DNA of 64,000 nucleotides from a bacterium (GCA_965261595.1 CBDHDG010000006.1:960001-1024000), one strand, 5' to 3'. Counted from the stretch's first letter, positions 1-10,612 are shown. The notes: generated by a model from the letters alone, not told the origin. Made by a program: numbers and translations.

Positions 1-1061
1 AGGCCGTCGCGGATTTTATTCCGGTCGGAGGCCAGGTTTTTCGGGTTGTTGGACACACCCGAGGATTCAATCACCTTCGCCAGGATGAGCAGATTCTCAT
101 ACGCCTGGGCGGCGGTGAAGTGGGGGTCCACATCGCCCGACTCCTTCTTGTACTCTTTGTAGAAATGCTTGAACTCGGGCGTCGTGCTGTCGAAGGCCAG
201 GGTCGAGGTGGAATACGTTCCTTCCGTGGCCTTCTGGCCGATCTTGATGTACTGGGCCTGGGAGACGTCGATGCCGCCGTACAGGGCCGACTTCAGCCCT
301 TGTTTGCGGACCTCCCGGGCGATCTTCCCGGCGTCCCCATAGGTCGAGGACATGACAATGCCGTCGGGGTTCTTGGCGCGGATACGGGTCACCTCTCCGC
401 TAAAATCCACGCTGTTGGATTGATGCGCGATCTTATCGACCACCTTCACGCCGAGTCTTTTCAGGATCGCGGGCACGATCCTCGATCCGGTGATCTTCAA
501 GACGGTGATTCGGTTGTCGTACAGGATAGCGGCGGATTTGATGTTGTTGTCTTTCACCCAACGGCTGATACTGAGATTCATCGCCACCGGCGGGAAGATG
601 GAATTGCGGAATCCCCACGGCTTGAGCTTCCCGCGCAGAGGCGGCGACGCCGAAGAAGCGGAGAACATCACGGTTTTCAACTCGTTGGCGATGGGCGATA
701 CGGCCTTGACCTGGTTGCTCAGGAAGGGTCCGATGATGGCCAAAACCTTGTCCTTCTTGGCCAGCTTCCTGAACCCCGCGATGGCCTGATCGTTTTTCAT
801 GTGGGTGTCGAAGAAGATCAGCTCGACGGGAAGACCGCCGATGCCGCCTTTCTTTTTCAGATCTCGCATGGCGACGGCGAGGGCTTCTTTTTGATGCTGT
901 CCGTTATGCTTCAGCGGACCGGTCAACAACGTCAGGACGCCGATCTTGACGGTCTTGCCCTCCAGGGCCGCGCCGGTTCCGGGAATCGCGGCCATCGCCA
1001 GGGCGGCCAGAACCGCCGCCGCCATGCTGATCCATTTCCCTTTGAGTCCGCTTTTCATCAT
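1..1061 (-). CDS. Branched-chain amino acid ABC transporter substrate-binding protein (LivK/LivJ-like), runs off the window start
   Basis: Minus-strand ATG at 1061 after a GGGGGAG RBS. Signal peptide then KTVKIGVLTLLTGPLK...GIGGLPVELIFFDT...VLAIIGP. Divergent from livGFHM. Absent from the ORF track because no stop lies in the window. Confidence 0.85.
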   Translation of the reverse strand, partial: MMKSGLKGKWISMAAAVLAALAMAAIPGTGAALEGKTVKIGVLTLLTGPLKHNGQHQKEALAVAMRDLKKKGGIGGLPVELIFFDTHMKNDQAIAGFRKLAKKDKVLAIIGPFLSNQVKAVSPIANELKTVMFSASSASPPLRGKLKPWGFRNSIFPPVAMNLSISRWVKDNNIKSAAILYDNRITVLKITGSRIVPAILKRLGVKVVDKIAHQSNSVDFSGEVTRIRAKNPDGIVMSSTYGDAGKIAREVRKQGLKSALYGGIDVSQAQYIKIGQKATEGTYSTSTLAFDSTTPEFKHFYKEYKKESGDVDPHFTAAQAYENLLILAKVIESSGVSNNPKNLASDRNKIRDG

Positions 1062-1213
1062 TCTCCCCCTCTTTTTTTCCGGTTGGACGAGAAGGTGTGG
1101 TGCACACCGCTCTGAAGACCGGAGTTGATTACCCGATTCACCTCGTATATCGTGATAATTCCGATGTGTCAATTATACCCTATTTAACTTTTTGAGTATT
1201 ACAACAGTTACGT

Positions 1214-1978
1214 ATGGAAATCCTCGAAGTTCGAAACCTCACCAAGCATTTCGGGCGGGTGGTCGGCCTTGAAGGCGTTGACCTCAGCGTTCCGGAGGGG
1301 GGCGTCTATTCGGTCATCGGCCCGAACGGCGCCGGCAAGACCACGCTGTTCAATTGCATCACCGGCGTCTATCCGCCCAGCGGGGGACAGATCGCCCTCA
1401 ACGGGCAAAACCTGAACGGCATGAAGGCCCACAAGCGCACCGCCCTCGGGCTCTGCCGGACGTTTCAGAACATCCGCCTCTTCGGACGCATGACGGTGCT
1501 GGAAAACGTCCTGATCGGCCGTCATTGCCGGACCCGGAGCGGCGTCACGCGCGCTGCTTTCCGCATGCCGTTCCGTCCCCTGGACGAAGAGGTCGACAAC
1601 AAAAGGCGGGCCGGAGAGCTCCTGGGCCTGATGGGTCTGGAAGACCGGGCGGACGTTCCGGCCGAAGAACTGGCCTACGGCGAGCAAAGGCGGCTCGAGA
1701 TCGCGAGGGCCCTGGCGACGGAGCCCCGCGTCCTTCTCCTGGACGAGCCCACCGCCGGGATGAATCCCCGGGAAACCCGGGAAATGACGGAGACCATCTC
1801 GGGCCTCAAGAAGTGGGTCCCGACCATCCTGCTCATCGAGCATGACATGAAGGTCGTGATGGGGATCTCCGACCGGGTGACCGTGTTGAACTTCGGAATC
1901 AAGATCGCTGAGGGGACGCCCGCCGAGATCCAGGCGGACCCCCAGGTGATCGAAGCCTACCTCGGCCGTGAGGATTAA
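1214..1978 (+). CDS. livG: Branched-chain amino acid ABC transporter ATP-binding protein
   Basis: GPNGAGKTT Walker A, RTFQNIRLF, LLLDEPTAG, C-terminal DPQVIEAYLG. Confidence 0.93.
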   Translation: MEILEVRNLTKHFGRVVGLEGVDLSVPEGGVYSVIGPNGAGKTTLFNCITGVYPPSGGQIALNGQNLNGMKAHKRTALGLCRTFQNIRLFGRMTVLENVLIGRHCRTRSGVTRAAFRMPFRPLDEEVDNKRRAGELLGLMGLEDRADVPAEELAYGEQRRLEIARALATEPRVLLLDEPTAGMNPRETREMTETISGLKKWVPTILLIEHDMKVVMGISDRVTVLNFGIKIAEGTPAEIQADPQVIEAYLGRED

Positions 1979-2701
1979 GTGAACGGGAACCAGGACATCC
2001 TGACCGTTGCCGACCTGTCGGCGTCCTACGGGCGGATTGAGGCCCTGCGCGGCGTGAGCCTCCGGATTCGGGAGGGGGAGATCGTCACCCTCATCGGCGC
2101 GAACGGGGCCGGAAAGAGCACCCTGCTGCGCACCATCTCCGGAATCCTGAAACCCAAGAGCGGGATGATTCGCTTCCAGGGGGAGCCGCTCGCGCCGCTG
2201 GCCCCCGAGAAGATCGTCCAACGGGGGATCATCCAGGTGCAGGAGGGACGGGGCATCCTGGGCTCCATGACCGTGCTCGAGAACCTGGAATTGGGGGCCT
2301 ATATCCGAAGCGACAAAGGTGAGATCGAGAAAGATCTGAACGATGTCTTCATCCGATTTCCCATCCTGGAAGAGCGAAAATGCCAGTTGGGGTCGAGCCT
2401 CAGCGGCGGGGAGCAGCAGATGCTCGCCATCGCCCGGGGGCTGATGGGCCGGCCTAGGCTCCTGATGATGGACGAGCCCTCCCTGGGGCTGGCCCCCAAG
2501 CTGGTCAACGAGGTCTTCGCCATCGTCAAGGGTCTGAAGAAGGAGGGAAAGACCATCCTGTTGGTGGAGCAGAACGCCCGCAAGGCCCTCCAATGCGCCG
2601 ATCGGGGGTACGTGATGGAGACCGGCGAGATCGTCATGGAAGGGTCCGCGGCGGACCTCCTCGACCACGAGCGCGTCAAAGAAGCATACCTGGGCGGCTG
2701 A
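1979..2701 (+). CDS. livF: Branched-chain amino acid ABC transporter ATP-binding protein
   Basis: GANGAGKST, LSGGEQQMLAIAR, DEPSLGLAP, VEQN. Confidence 0.93.
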   Translation: MNGNQDILTVADLSASYGRIEALRGVSLRIREGEIVTLIGANGAGKSTLLRTISGILKPKSGMIRFQGEPLAPLAPEKIVQRGIIQVQEGRGILGSMTVLENLELGAYIRSDKGEIEKDLNDVFIRFPILEERKCQLGSSLSGGEQQMLAIARGLMGRPRLLMMDEPSLGLAPKLVNEVFAIVKGLKKEGKTILLVEQNARKALQCADRGYVMETGEIVMEGSAADLLDHERVKEAYLGG

Positions 2702-2707
2702 ATTCCG

Positions 2708-3586
2708 ATGATCTTATTCATCCAACAACTGGTCAACGGTCTCATGCTGGGGTCGACGTATTCCCTGGTGGCCATCGGTTACACCCTCATCCTCGGCACG
2801 CTGAACCTCCTCCACTTCGCCCATGGCGAGGTGTTCATGATGGGGGCCTTCTTCGGCCTTCTCATGGTCCTTTTCTGGAATGTGAACTTCTACGTCGCGA
2901 TCCTGGGCGGGATGCTCGGCGCCGCGCTCGTCGGGATCCTGGTCGAGGCGCTCGCCATCCGGCCCATCAAGAAGGGGCACCACCTGGCCCCCCTCATCTC
3001 GACCATCGGCGTGACGATCATCCTCCAGGAGGCGGCCCACTATTTCTCAGGCGGCGAGCCCCTCAGCTTTCCCGAAACCGTGACGGTCACCAACTTCGAC
3101 CTGGGCGGCATCCGGATCAACAGCGTCCAGATCACCATCTTCGTCATCTCGATCCTGCTGATGTTCGTCCTTCACCTCTTTGTCAAGAATACGAAGATGG
3201 GCAAGGCCATGCGCGCCACGGCGGAGAGCCCGACGACGGCGACGCTGCTCGGCATCAGCGTCAACCAGGTCACCATCGCCACCTTCTTCATCGCCTCCGC
3301 GCTGGCCGGGGCGTCGGGCGTCCTGGTGGGGCTGAGCTATAACGCCGTAACGCCGGGCATGGGGGTGCCCATGGCCATCAAGGGCTTCGCCATCATGCTC
3401 CTCGGCGGGTTGGGCAACATCTACGGGGCGATGATCGGCGGCCTCATCGTGGGCGGGGTCGAGATCCTGAGCGTGGGGTACCTGGCCCCCTCTTACCGGG
3501 ACGCCTTCACCTTCGGGTTGATGATCCTGATCCTCATCTTCAGGCCCTCGGGGATCCTGGGGGTCAGCCTGAGCAAGCGGGCGTAG
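2708..3586 (+). CDS. livH: Branched-chain amino acid ABC transporter permease
   Basis: QQLVNGL...YSLVAIGYTL...FAHGE, GKAMRA, GGLG motifs. Confidence 0.92.
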   Translation: MILFIQQLVNGLMLGSTYSLVAIGYTLILGTLNLLHFAHGEVFMMGAFFGLLMVLFWNVNFYVAILGGMLGAALVGILVEALAIRPIKKGHHLAPLISTIGVTIILQEAAHYFSGGEPLSFPETVTVTNFDLGGIRINSVQITIFVISILLMFVLHLFVKNTKMGKAMRATAESPTTATLLGISVNQVTIATFFIASALAGASGVLVGLSYNAVTPGMGVPMAIKGFAIMLLGGLGNIYGAMIGGLIVGGVEILSVGYLAPSYRDAFTFGLMILILIFRPSGILGVSLSKRA

Positions 3587-3588
3587 CG

Positions 3589-4446
3589 ATGCTGAACCTC
3601 GATTGGGCGACTGTCTTTTTGTCCATGGGCATTCACATCATCATGGCCCTCTCCTTTTACCTGGCCTACTCCTGCGGGCTGATCTCCCTCGCCCAGGCGG
3701 GCTTCATGGCCATCGGGGCGTACCTCGCTTCCTGGATGACGGTGAACGAAGGGTGGGAGTTTTACAGCGCGTGTCTTATGGGGGGAGGGGCCGCCGCGGT
3801 CGTGGGGACCCTCGCGGCGCTTCCGGCTTTGCGAATCCGCGGGATCTACCTCCTCCTCCTGACCTTGGGGATCAACGAGATCATCATCGTCTTCTTCTAC
3901 AACTTCGAGCCCACAGGCGGCGCGGAGGGCTTTTACGGGATGAAGGGCTACACGCAGAACTGGAACGTGTGGCTGGTGGTGGCCGTCTTGCTCTTCTTCT
4001 TCGACCGGCTGGAGCGCTCGCGCGTGGGCCGGGCGTTCGAGGCCGTCCACGCCGATGAGGAAGCGGCCGATCTCATGGGCGTCCACCTGACCACAACAAA
4101 GATCCAGGCCTTCGCCCTCTCGGCCTTTATCGCCGGCATCGGCGGCGCGTTCTGGGCCCACTTCACCCGGGCCATGGAGCCGGTCAATTTCAACGTGTTC
4201 GTCTCCATCGAGTTCATCATCTTCGTCTTCGTGGGCGGGATGCGGACCTATTGGGGGGCGGTCGCGGGAACGGCGCTGCTGACGCTTCTGGATGAAGTGG
4301 TGCTGCGGAACATCACCATCGCGGGGGTCGAGCTGCGGGGCATGGCTTTTGGGGCGATCCTCGTCCTGATGATGATCTTCCGCCCCGAGGGTCTCCTGAA
4401 CCGCGACCCGTTCCGTTTCCTCCGAAGGCGCCGGGCGGCGGCCTGA
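3589..4446 (+). CDS. livM: Branched-chain amino acid ABC transporter permease
   Basis: GLISLAQAGFMAIGAY, LRIRGIYL, GRAFEAV, RPEGL; hydrophobic. Confidence 0.9.
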   Translation: MLNLDWATVFLSMGIHIIMALSFYLAYSCGLISLAQAGFMAIGAYLASWMTVNEGWEFYSACLMGGGAAAVVGTLAALPALRIRGIYLLLLTLGINEIIIVFFYNFEPTGGAEGFYGMKGYTQNWNVWLVVAVLLFFFDRLERSRVGRAFEAVHADEEAADLMGVHLTTTKIQAFALSAFIAGIGGAFWAHFTRAMEPVNFNVFVSIEFIIFVFVGGMRTYWGAVAGTALLTLLDEVVLRNITIAGVELRGMAFGAILVLMMIFRPEGLLNRDPFRFLRRRRAAA

Positions 4447-4653
4447 AAATGAGTTTCACGATGGGTCGCCCTTTTGCGGGAGCGGCCTAGAATACGCGGC
4501 CCGGTTGGGCGCGTCCCCCGGAGGCCTTCTCCTATATCTGGATATTTCACAAGTAAGGACGGTTCAGCGGTTTTCATTCGATAAATTCTTTAAAGATCAA
4601 CCGATGGGCCAAGAGATAAAATTCGAGGGGAGTGGAACACCCTGTCCTTGGCG

Positions 4654-4732
4654 GGCGGGCACGGAGCCCCGCCCCTACATTTCAGATTCTCTACCATCGA
4701 ATCCGGTGTAAGGGCGGGGCTCTGTACCCGCC
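4654..4732. repeat. Inverted pair of REP-like palindromes (GTAG-family-like doublet)
   Basis: GGCGGGCACGGAGCCCCGCCCCTACA and TGTAAGGGCGGGGCTCTGTACCCGCC are near reverse complements. Each has a GTAG/GTAA foot followed by a GGGCGGG...CCCGCC palindrome. Lies between convergent genes. Confidence 0.6.
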
Positions 4733-4805
4733 TCGATCCGTTACCCAACAATCCAATGACTGATCCTACACGGGCCTGTAACGGAATCGTTATGAGATAT
4801 CCAGG

Positions 4806-5120
4806 TTAATCATTCGGGGAAGGCTTTCTTTCTTCTTCGATGACCTCGTAGCACCGCTCTCCCCTCCGCCCCGAACCTTTTCCGGGAAGGGACCGGACCA
4901 AAACGACGAGCCGCCGGTTCCAGGTGTCGATCCCGACGCGGTCCCCCTCGTGAATCAGCCTACCCGATTTGGCGGGATGTCCGTTGACGGTTACGGCCCC
5001 GGCCGCGCAGAAGCTTTGGGCCAGAGAACGGCGCTTGAGGATTCCGGCTTTTTTGAGAAAGACATCCAGGCGGATGCCCGGGGGTTCCGGGCTCCGGGCT
5101 CCCTCACGGGGAGACGTCAC
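4806..5120 (-). CDS. S4 RNA-binding domain protein (YabO/RqcP/Hsp15-like)
   Basis: IRLDVFLKKAGILKRRSLAQSFC..G.VTVNG..AK....GD. Start uncertain; a GTG overlapping the upstream stop is assumed. Confidence 0.85.
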   Translation of the reverse strand: MTSPREGARSPEPPGIRLDVFLKKAGILKRRSLAQSFCAAGAVTVNGHPAKSGRLIHEGDRVGIDTWNRRLVVLVRSLPGKGSGRRGERCYEVIEEERKPSPND

Positions 5121-6112
5121 ATGGTGACCTCGATGTACGCCTTTTTCTTCAAATCTTCCATCCACCGGCGCATTCGGGCCGCGACCTTATCCTGAAAGAT
5201 CCGGTTGCGGATCTTCTTTTCCACCTCATTGAGCGGGGGGGGGGTTCGGGGAAGCCGCCTGACCAGCTTGATGATGTGGAACCCGGCCCGCGTCCGCACC
5301 ACGTCGGACACCTCTCCCTCCTTGATGGCGAACAGCACCCGCTCGAAGTTCGGAAGCACTTCGCCCCTGCGGATGATTCCCAAATCGCCGCCCTTCGCGG
5401 CCGACGGGTCCTGGGAATTCTTTTTGGCCATATCGGAAAAACCGGCGCCCCCGCGGATCCTGCGCAACACCCGTTCGGCGGCCGATCGGTTCGCTCGCTC
5501 GATGTCCGGGGCGGCGTTGATGGGGGTCAGGATCAAGATGTGGCTGGCGCGGAGCCGCTCGGGAGGCAGAAACTCGGACCGGTGGCTCTTGTAATAGGTT
5601 TCGATTTCCCGCGGCGCGACGCTGACCCGGGACCGGACCTCGATGTTCATGACCTTTCGGAGCAGGATCTCCTCGCCGACGCGCTCCCGGTATTCCGGAA
5701 TCGTCATCCCCTCCCGCTTCAGGAGCACCTCGAGTTCGCTGTCGGAGATGTTGTTCCGCTTCTTCACGTCGTCCAGCGCCCGATCGACTTCGGAGTCGGA
5801 GAAGGAAAGGTCCATCGCCTTGGCGCGGTTGACCCGGAGACGGCGTGTAATGAGAAGATCAAGGTATTTCCGCTGCACCCGCTCAATTTCCTGTTTCAAC
5901 CGGCGGCCGTTGTAACGCTGTTGGAGTTGCGCGAACTCGCCCCTGCCCGCCTCCTGGACCTGGCTCAGCGTGATGATGTCCTTGTTGACGACGGCGACAA
6001 TCCGGTCAATCACGACCGCCCGGGCGGAAGGGGCGCAAAGTCCCCCCGCCACCGCAAAGACCATCAAGCTCCCGAATCCCAAAACCCGCAAAACGGGCGC
6101 CAGACCGATCAT
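5117..6112 (-). CDS. SurA-like chaperone / parvulin peptidyl-prolyl isomerase
   Basis: Signal peptide, DRIVAVVNKDIIT (SurA N domain), ASHILI...S.D.SA.KGGDLG...GFHIIKL rotamase motif. Confidence 0.9.
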   Translation of the reverse strand: MIGLAPVLRVLGFGSLMVFAVAGGLCAPSARAVVIDRIVAVVNKDIITLSQVQEAGRGEFAQLQQRYNGRRLKQEIERVQRKYLDLLITRRLRVNRAKAMDLSFSDSEVDRALDDVKKRNNISDSELEVLLKREGMTIPEYRERVGEEILLRKVMNIEVRSRVSVAPREIETYYKSHRSEFLPPERLRASHILILTPINAAPDIERANRSAAERVLRRIRGGAGFSDMAKKNSQDPSAAKGGDLGIIRRGEVLPNFERVLFAIKEGEVSDVVRTRAGFHIIKLVRRLPRTPPPLNEVEKKIRNRIFQDKVAARMRRWMEDLKKKAYIEVTM

Positions 6113-6194
6113 TTCAGCGGTCCTCCCGAGTCCGACCCGGCAGTCGAAGGGATCCCTTGCATGAAAGACGCTCCTTCCGACGGCATTCCATAAT

Positions 6195-9100
6195 TCAATC
6201 CGAAATATCCTCTTCCGGTTGATCGGAGATGGTAGCGCAGGCTTCCAGCGCGATCAACACCCTTTCCAGCATCTCCCGGCGTTCCGACTCCTCCGGCGGC
6301 GCGGGAACCCGGAATGTCCTCGGGTCGAGGAACTTCAGGCCCGGGGTGGCCAGGAATTCCGGCGTCAGCTGATAGGGCCGATCCTCCGGATGGAAGGTGG
6401 CCCATCCATCCGAGACGGTGAGCTTTTCCACGCCGGCCCGGGTGGCGAGGATGCGCAACCGGGCGGTCCCGAACAGGGATTCGGCCTCGGGGGGCATGGC
6501 GCCGAATCGATCGGCCAGGGCGCTCCGGAGCGCTTCGAGCTCGCCGGTGGTCTGCGTATCGGCGATTTCGCGGTAAAGCTCCAGGCGCTGATTCTGTCCC
6601 GGCACATAGTCTTCCGGGAAGGAAGGCCGCACACCCAAGGACAACTCGGGCTCGATTCGCCGGACGGCCCGCTCTCCCTTCACCCCCTCGACCGCTTCTT
6701 CGAGCAGCCGGCAGTAGAGATCGAATCCGACGGCCGCGATGTGGCCCGACTGCTCGGCCCCGATGATGTTGCCCGCTCCCCGGATCTCGAGGTCTCGGGC
6801 GGCCAGACGGAAGCCGGCGCCCAGCTCGCTCAGCTCTTCCAACGCCTTCAGTCTGCTCCGGGCCGTCGGGGTGAGGCTCCGCCCCACCTGCACCAGAAAG
6901 TACGCGAACGCCTGCCGATCCGACCGCCCGACGCGCCCCCGGAGCTGGTAGAGCTGGGCGAGGCCGTACATCTCGGCTCGGTTGACGATGATGGTGTTGG
7001 CATTGGAGATGTCCAGGCCGTTCTCGATGATCGTCGTGCAGAGCAGGACATCGAACTTTCGATTCAGGAATCCCACCATGGCCCCGTGAAGCTGCTTTTC
7101 CCGCATCTGGCCGTGGGCGACCGCCAAGCGCAGCCCCGGGACCAAACGGTGGAGATATTGGGCCGTGGCGTCGATGGTTTCCACGCGGGGATGAACGAAG
7201 AACACCTGCCCCCCCCGCTCCCGCTCCCGGGTCAGGGCCTCCCGGATGACGCGGTCCTCGAACGGACAAACGTAGGTGCGAACGGCCAGCCGGTCGGGGG
7301 GCGGGGTGTCGATGACGCTCAGGTCCCGGATTCCCATCAGGCTCATCTGGAAGGTCCGGGGGATGGGCGTCGCCGTCAGCGTCAACAGATCCACGGTCGC
7401 CCGGAGACCCTTGAGCTTCTCCTTGTGGGCCACGCCGAAGCGCTGCTCTTCATCCACGACGATCAGGCCCAGCTCCCGGAACTTGACGTCGGACTGGAGC
7501 ATCCGGTGCGTCCCGATGAGGATATCCACCTCCCCGGCGGCCAGGCGCTTGAGAACGTCTTTTTGCTCGGCGCGGCTCCGAAACCGGGTCAGGCATTCGA
7601 TAGACATCGGGTAATCGGCCAAACGCTCCTGAAAGGTGACCCGGTGCTGCTCGGCCAGGACGGTCGTCGGCGCCAGGACGCAAACCTGCTTTTTGTCCAT
7701 CACGGCCTTGAAGGCCGCCCGGATGGCCACTTCCGTCTTTCCGTACCCTACGTCTCCGCAGATCAGCCGATCCATCGGACGCGATTTCTCCATGTCCGCG
7801 ATCACATCCTGAATGGCCTGGACCTGACCCGGGGTCTCCTCGAACGGAAAGGAAGCCGCGAACTCCCGGGTCCAGTGATCGTCGGGAGAGAACGTGAACC
7901 CCTCGGCGACCTGACGCCGCGCCGCCAGCTTCATGAGCCCCTGCGCCATGGCCAGGACAGCGGCCCGGGTCTTTTTCTTCGTCTTGGCCCACGCCGCCCC
8001 CCCCAACCGATCAATCCTCGGGGTTCCCTGGCCGGCGCCCATGTATTTTTCAACGAGGTTCAGGTTCTCCATGGGGACGAAGAGCTTGTCTCCGCCCTGG
8101 TACTCGATCACCAGGAACTCCTGCCCTACCCCGGCCAGGCCGATCCGGTCCACGCCCTGATAGATGCCGATTCCGTAATCCCGATGGACGACGTAGTCTC
8201 CCGCCTGGATCTCGTGGAAGGCCGCCTCGAAAGCCTTTCTTCGGGGAGGCGGGGCCGCCCTCCGGCGCACGGGCGTGTAAAAGATCTCTTCTTCCCGAAT
8301 CGCGACGCAATCCAGGTCCTCGCTCTGGAAGCTCTCGGAAAGCCGGCCGACCAGGAGGACCGCATCCGGCTCTTCGGATTCGGAAAAAAACCAGCCGCCG
8401 ACGTCGGGGCCCTCCAGGATGGAGGCCCCCAGCTCGAACTCCCGCAGAATCTGCTGGAGCCTCAGGGCCTGCGTTCGGTGGACGGCCACGATCGCCACCC
8501 GCAGTCCTTTGTCCAGCCAAATCTTCAGTTGGCGCACAAACACCGGAACCCGGCCCTGAAAGGCGCCGGGGCGTCCCGTATTGAGATGGAGGTGCGGTTC
8601 GCCGTCCTGACCTTCGCCCGCTCCCAAGCCGAGGGAGGGAAGGTCGATCACGGGAGAGTCCGGCGCGGCCCGCGCCGTCAGGGCGTCGAGCACCGCTCCC
8701 GGCGGGAGGGAGAAATCCTCAAGGGGAAACGGGACCCCCGCGCGGCCGGCGTCCACGGCCTCCAAGAGCCTTTCCCAATGCGCTTCATCCGCCTCCGGCA
8801 TGGCGTCCGGCTCGGACAGGGCAACCAGGGCGTCGGGCGGCAAGGCCTCCACGGCGGCGATCAGGTCGTCCCGAAGCAGGGGCGCCAGGGTTTCAAACCC
8901 CGGGAAGTGGCCATCCTCCAACAACCGGTCGGCCAGAAGCTCAAACCGGTCCCGTTCACCCGGTTCCCCGGATTCGGCCCAATCCCGCAGCCTCCCGGCC
9001 GCGCGCGTTCGGGCTTCTTCATCGAGGATAACCTCCCGGGCGGGCATGATTTGGACCCGCTCCAGCCGCTCGACCGATCGCTGATCTCCGACCTGGAAGC

Positions 9101-9731
9101 GGCGCAGGGAGAAAACACCGTCCTCGTCGAACTCGATCCGGACGGGAAACTCCGACTGGGGCGAAAATACGTCCACCAGCGATCCGCGAACCGCGTATTC
9201 CCCCTCATCCTCCACCACCGGACTTCGGTGATAACCCGCGCGCAAGAGGTCTTCCAACAGCTCGTCCCGATCCAGGGGATCGCCCCGCTCCAGGTCGATC
9301 GCGGCTGAGAGAATCGCCTGGGGGGGGATCAGCTTTTGCGCCAAGGCGGAAAGCGAGGTCACCGTCAGGAAGGGCTCTCCCTCCGACCAGGCCGAAAGGG
9401 CGGTGAGCCGCGCGCCGACTGTTTTTGGGCTGGGGGAGAGCGGCTCGAGCGGCGCCAGATCCCAGGGGGGGAAGATGAGGACGGGGGGTCCGGCGGGGTC
9501 CTGGAAAAAACAGAGATCCTCATAAAGACGGAGGGCGGCGTCCCCGGTCGGGGTCACGGCCACGATGCCGCACCCGGCGCCGGCCCGGCGCCTCTCGCGC
9601 AGAAGGGACGTCAGGTAAAGCGCGCGCGCCGCGTCGGTCGTGCCGCTGACGCACAGTCGGGAGACGCCGGAAGGAAACCGGGTCCATTCGGACAGACGGG
9701 ACGTCCGGGAGGGTTCGGCCGGGGCCTTCAT
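6195..9731 (-). CDS. mfd: Transcription-repair coupling factor
   Basis: VRGSLVDVF, CarD/TRCF GDYVVH..YGIG, GDVGYGKTEVA, DEEQRFG, QLRGRVGRS, RDLEIRGAG. Start at MKAPAE, overlapping the aroE stop (ATGA). Confidence 0.96.
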   Translation of the reverse strand: MKAPAEPSRTSRLSEWTRFPSGVSRLCVSGTTDAARALYLTSLLRERRRAGAGCGIVAVTPTGDAALRLYEDLCFFQDPAGPPVLIFPPWDLAPLEPLSPSPKTVGARLTALSAWSEGEPFLTVTSLSALAQKLIPPQAILSAAIDLERGDPLDRDELLEDLLRAGYHRSPVVEDEGEYAVRGSLVDVFSPQSEFPVRIEFDEDGVFSLRRFQVGDQRSVERLERVQIMPAREVILDEEARTRAAGRLRDWAESGEPGERDRFELLADRLLEDGHFPGFETLAPLLRDDLIAAVEALPPDALVALSEPDAMPEADEAHWERLLEAVDAGRAGVPFPLEDFSLPPGAVLDALTARAAPDSPVIDLPSLGLGAGEGQDGEPHLHLNTGRPGAFQGRVPVFVRQLKIWLDKGLRVAIVAVHRTQALRLQQILREFELGASILEGPDVGGWFFSESEEPDAVLLVGRLSESFQSEDLDCVAIREEEIFYTPVRRRAAPPPRRKAFEAAFHEIQAGDYVVHRDYGIGIYQGVDRIGLAGVGQEFLVIEYQGGDKLFVPMENLNLVEKYMGAGQGTPRIDRLGGAAWAKTKKKTRAAVLAMAQGLMKLAARRQVAEGFTFSPDDHWTREFAASFPFEETPGQVQAIQDVIADMEKSRPMDRLICGDVGYGKTEVAIRAAFKAVMDKKQVCVLAPTTVLAEQHRVTFQERLADYPMSIECLTRFRSRAEQKDVLKRLAAGEVDILIGTHRMLQSDVKFRELGLIVVDEEQRFGVAHKEKLKGLRATVDLLTLTATPIPRTFQMSLMGIRDLSVIDTPPPDRLAVRTYVCPFEDRVIREALTRERERGGQVFFVHPRVETIDATAQYLHRLVPGLRLAVAHGQMREKQLHGAMVGFLNRKFDVLLCTTIIENGLDISNANTIIVNRAEMYGLAQLYQLRGRVGRSDRQAFAYFLVQVGRSLTPTARSRLKALEELSELGAGFRLAARDLEIRGAGNIIGAEQSGHIAAVGFDLYCRLLEEAVEGVKGERAVRRIEPELSLGVRPSFPEDYVPGQNQRLELYREIADTQTTGELEALRSALADRFGAMPPEAESLFGTARLRILATRAGVEKLTVSDGWATFHPEDRPYQLTPEFLATPGLKFLDPRTFRVPAPPEESERREMLERVLIALEACATISDQPEEDISD

Positions 9732-10612
9732 CCTTTCCCCCCTTCGTCCAGGAGGGCCGCTTCCATCACCTTTCGAACCTTTTCGACCGGAAGCTCCGCA
9801 CCGGTCCAGATCCGGAAGTTTTCCGCCCCCTGAAAAACGAGCATCCCGAGGCCGCCCACCGTTTTTGCTCCCCGGCCGGCGGCGGCCCGAAGAAATGGCG
9901 TCTCCAGGGGCCGATAGACAATGTCCACCACCACTTGGCCGGGGCGCAGACAGCCCGGGTCGAGGGGCGGCGGCCCTTCGGCCTCCCCGTCCCGCCGGAT
10001 CAAACCGAGGGAGGTGCATTGGATGACGGCGTCCGCCATCGTCGCGGCGCTCTCCGCTTCTCCGCCCCTCAGCGGAACGGCCCGGACGTCGACGGAATCG
10101 AACGTCTTTCGGATCCACCCGGCCAGGGTCCGCGCCCGGGACAGGGTGCGGTTGGCAATGATCAGCGCGCGCGCCCCTTGGGCGGCCAGCTCCGAGGCGA
10201 TCCCCCGGGCCGCGCCCCCCGCCCCCAGGAGGAGGAAACGCCCTCCGCGGGGATCCAGGTCCGCCTCCTCCCGTAAAGAGCGGACGAAACCGGCGCCGTC
10301 GGTGTTGTGGCCGACGAGTCGATCACCCTCCCGAAAGACCAGGTTCACCGCGCCGATGCGCCGGGCGGCCTCGGTCAGCTCGTCCAGGTGGCCGATGACC
10401 GCTTCCTTGTGGGGGATGGTGAGTGCGACTCCGTGGATTCCCAGCGCGCGAATCCCGAGGAAGGCATCGCCCAAACGCTCGGGGGGAACCTCGAAAGCCA
10501 AAAATCGGTAGGGAAGGCTCAATTCCGCCAGCGCCGTATCGAACATCAACGGCGAAAGGGAATGCCCCAAAGGAAAACCCATCACCCCCAGGGCGCGCTC
10601 CACGGATGGCAT
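9728..10612 (-). CDS. aroE: Shikimate dehydrogenase
   Basis: HSLSP, TIPHK, IGAVN, NTDG.GF, GAGGAAR, DIVYRP..T, GLGMLVFQG. Confidence 0.95.
   Translation of the reverse strand: MPSVERALGVMGFPLGHSLSPLMFDTALAELSLPYRFLAFEVPPERLGDAFLGIRALGIHGVALTIPHKEAVIGHLDELTEAARRIGAVNLVFREGDRLVGHNTDGAGFVRSLREEADLDPRGGRFLLLGAGGAARGIASELAAQGARALIIANRTLSRARTLAGWIRKTFDSVDVRAVPLRGGEAESAATMADAVIQCTSLGLIRRDGEAEGPPPLDPGCLRPGQVVVDIVYRPLETPFLRAAAGRGAKTVGGLGMLVFQGAENFRIWTGAELPVEKVRKVMEAALLDEGGKG

Noticed and set aside
6219..9308. Long antisense ORFs (also 20343-21959, 23550-25298, 41159-43126, 45607-47103)
   Set aside because: Shadow frames opposite well-supported genes in GC-rich DNA.
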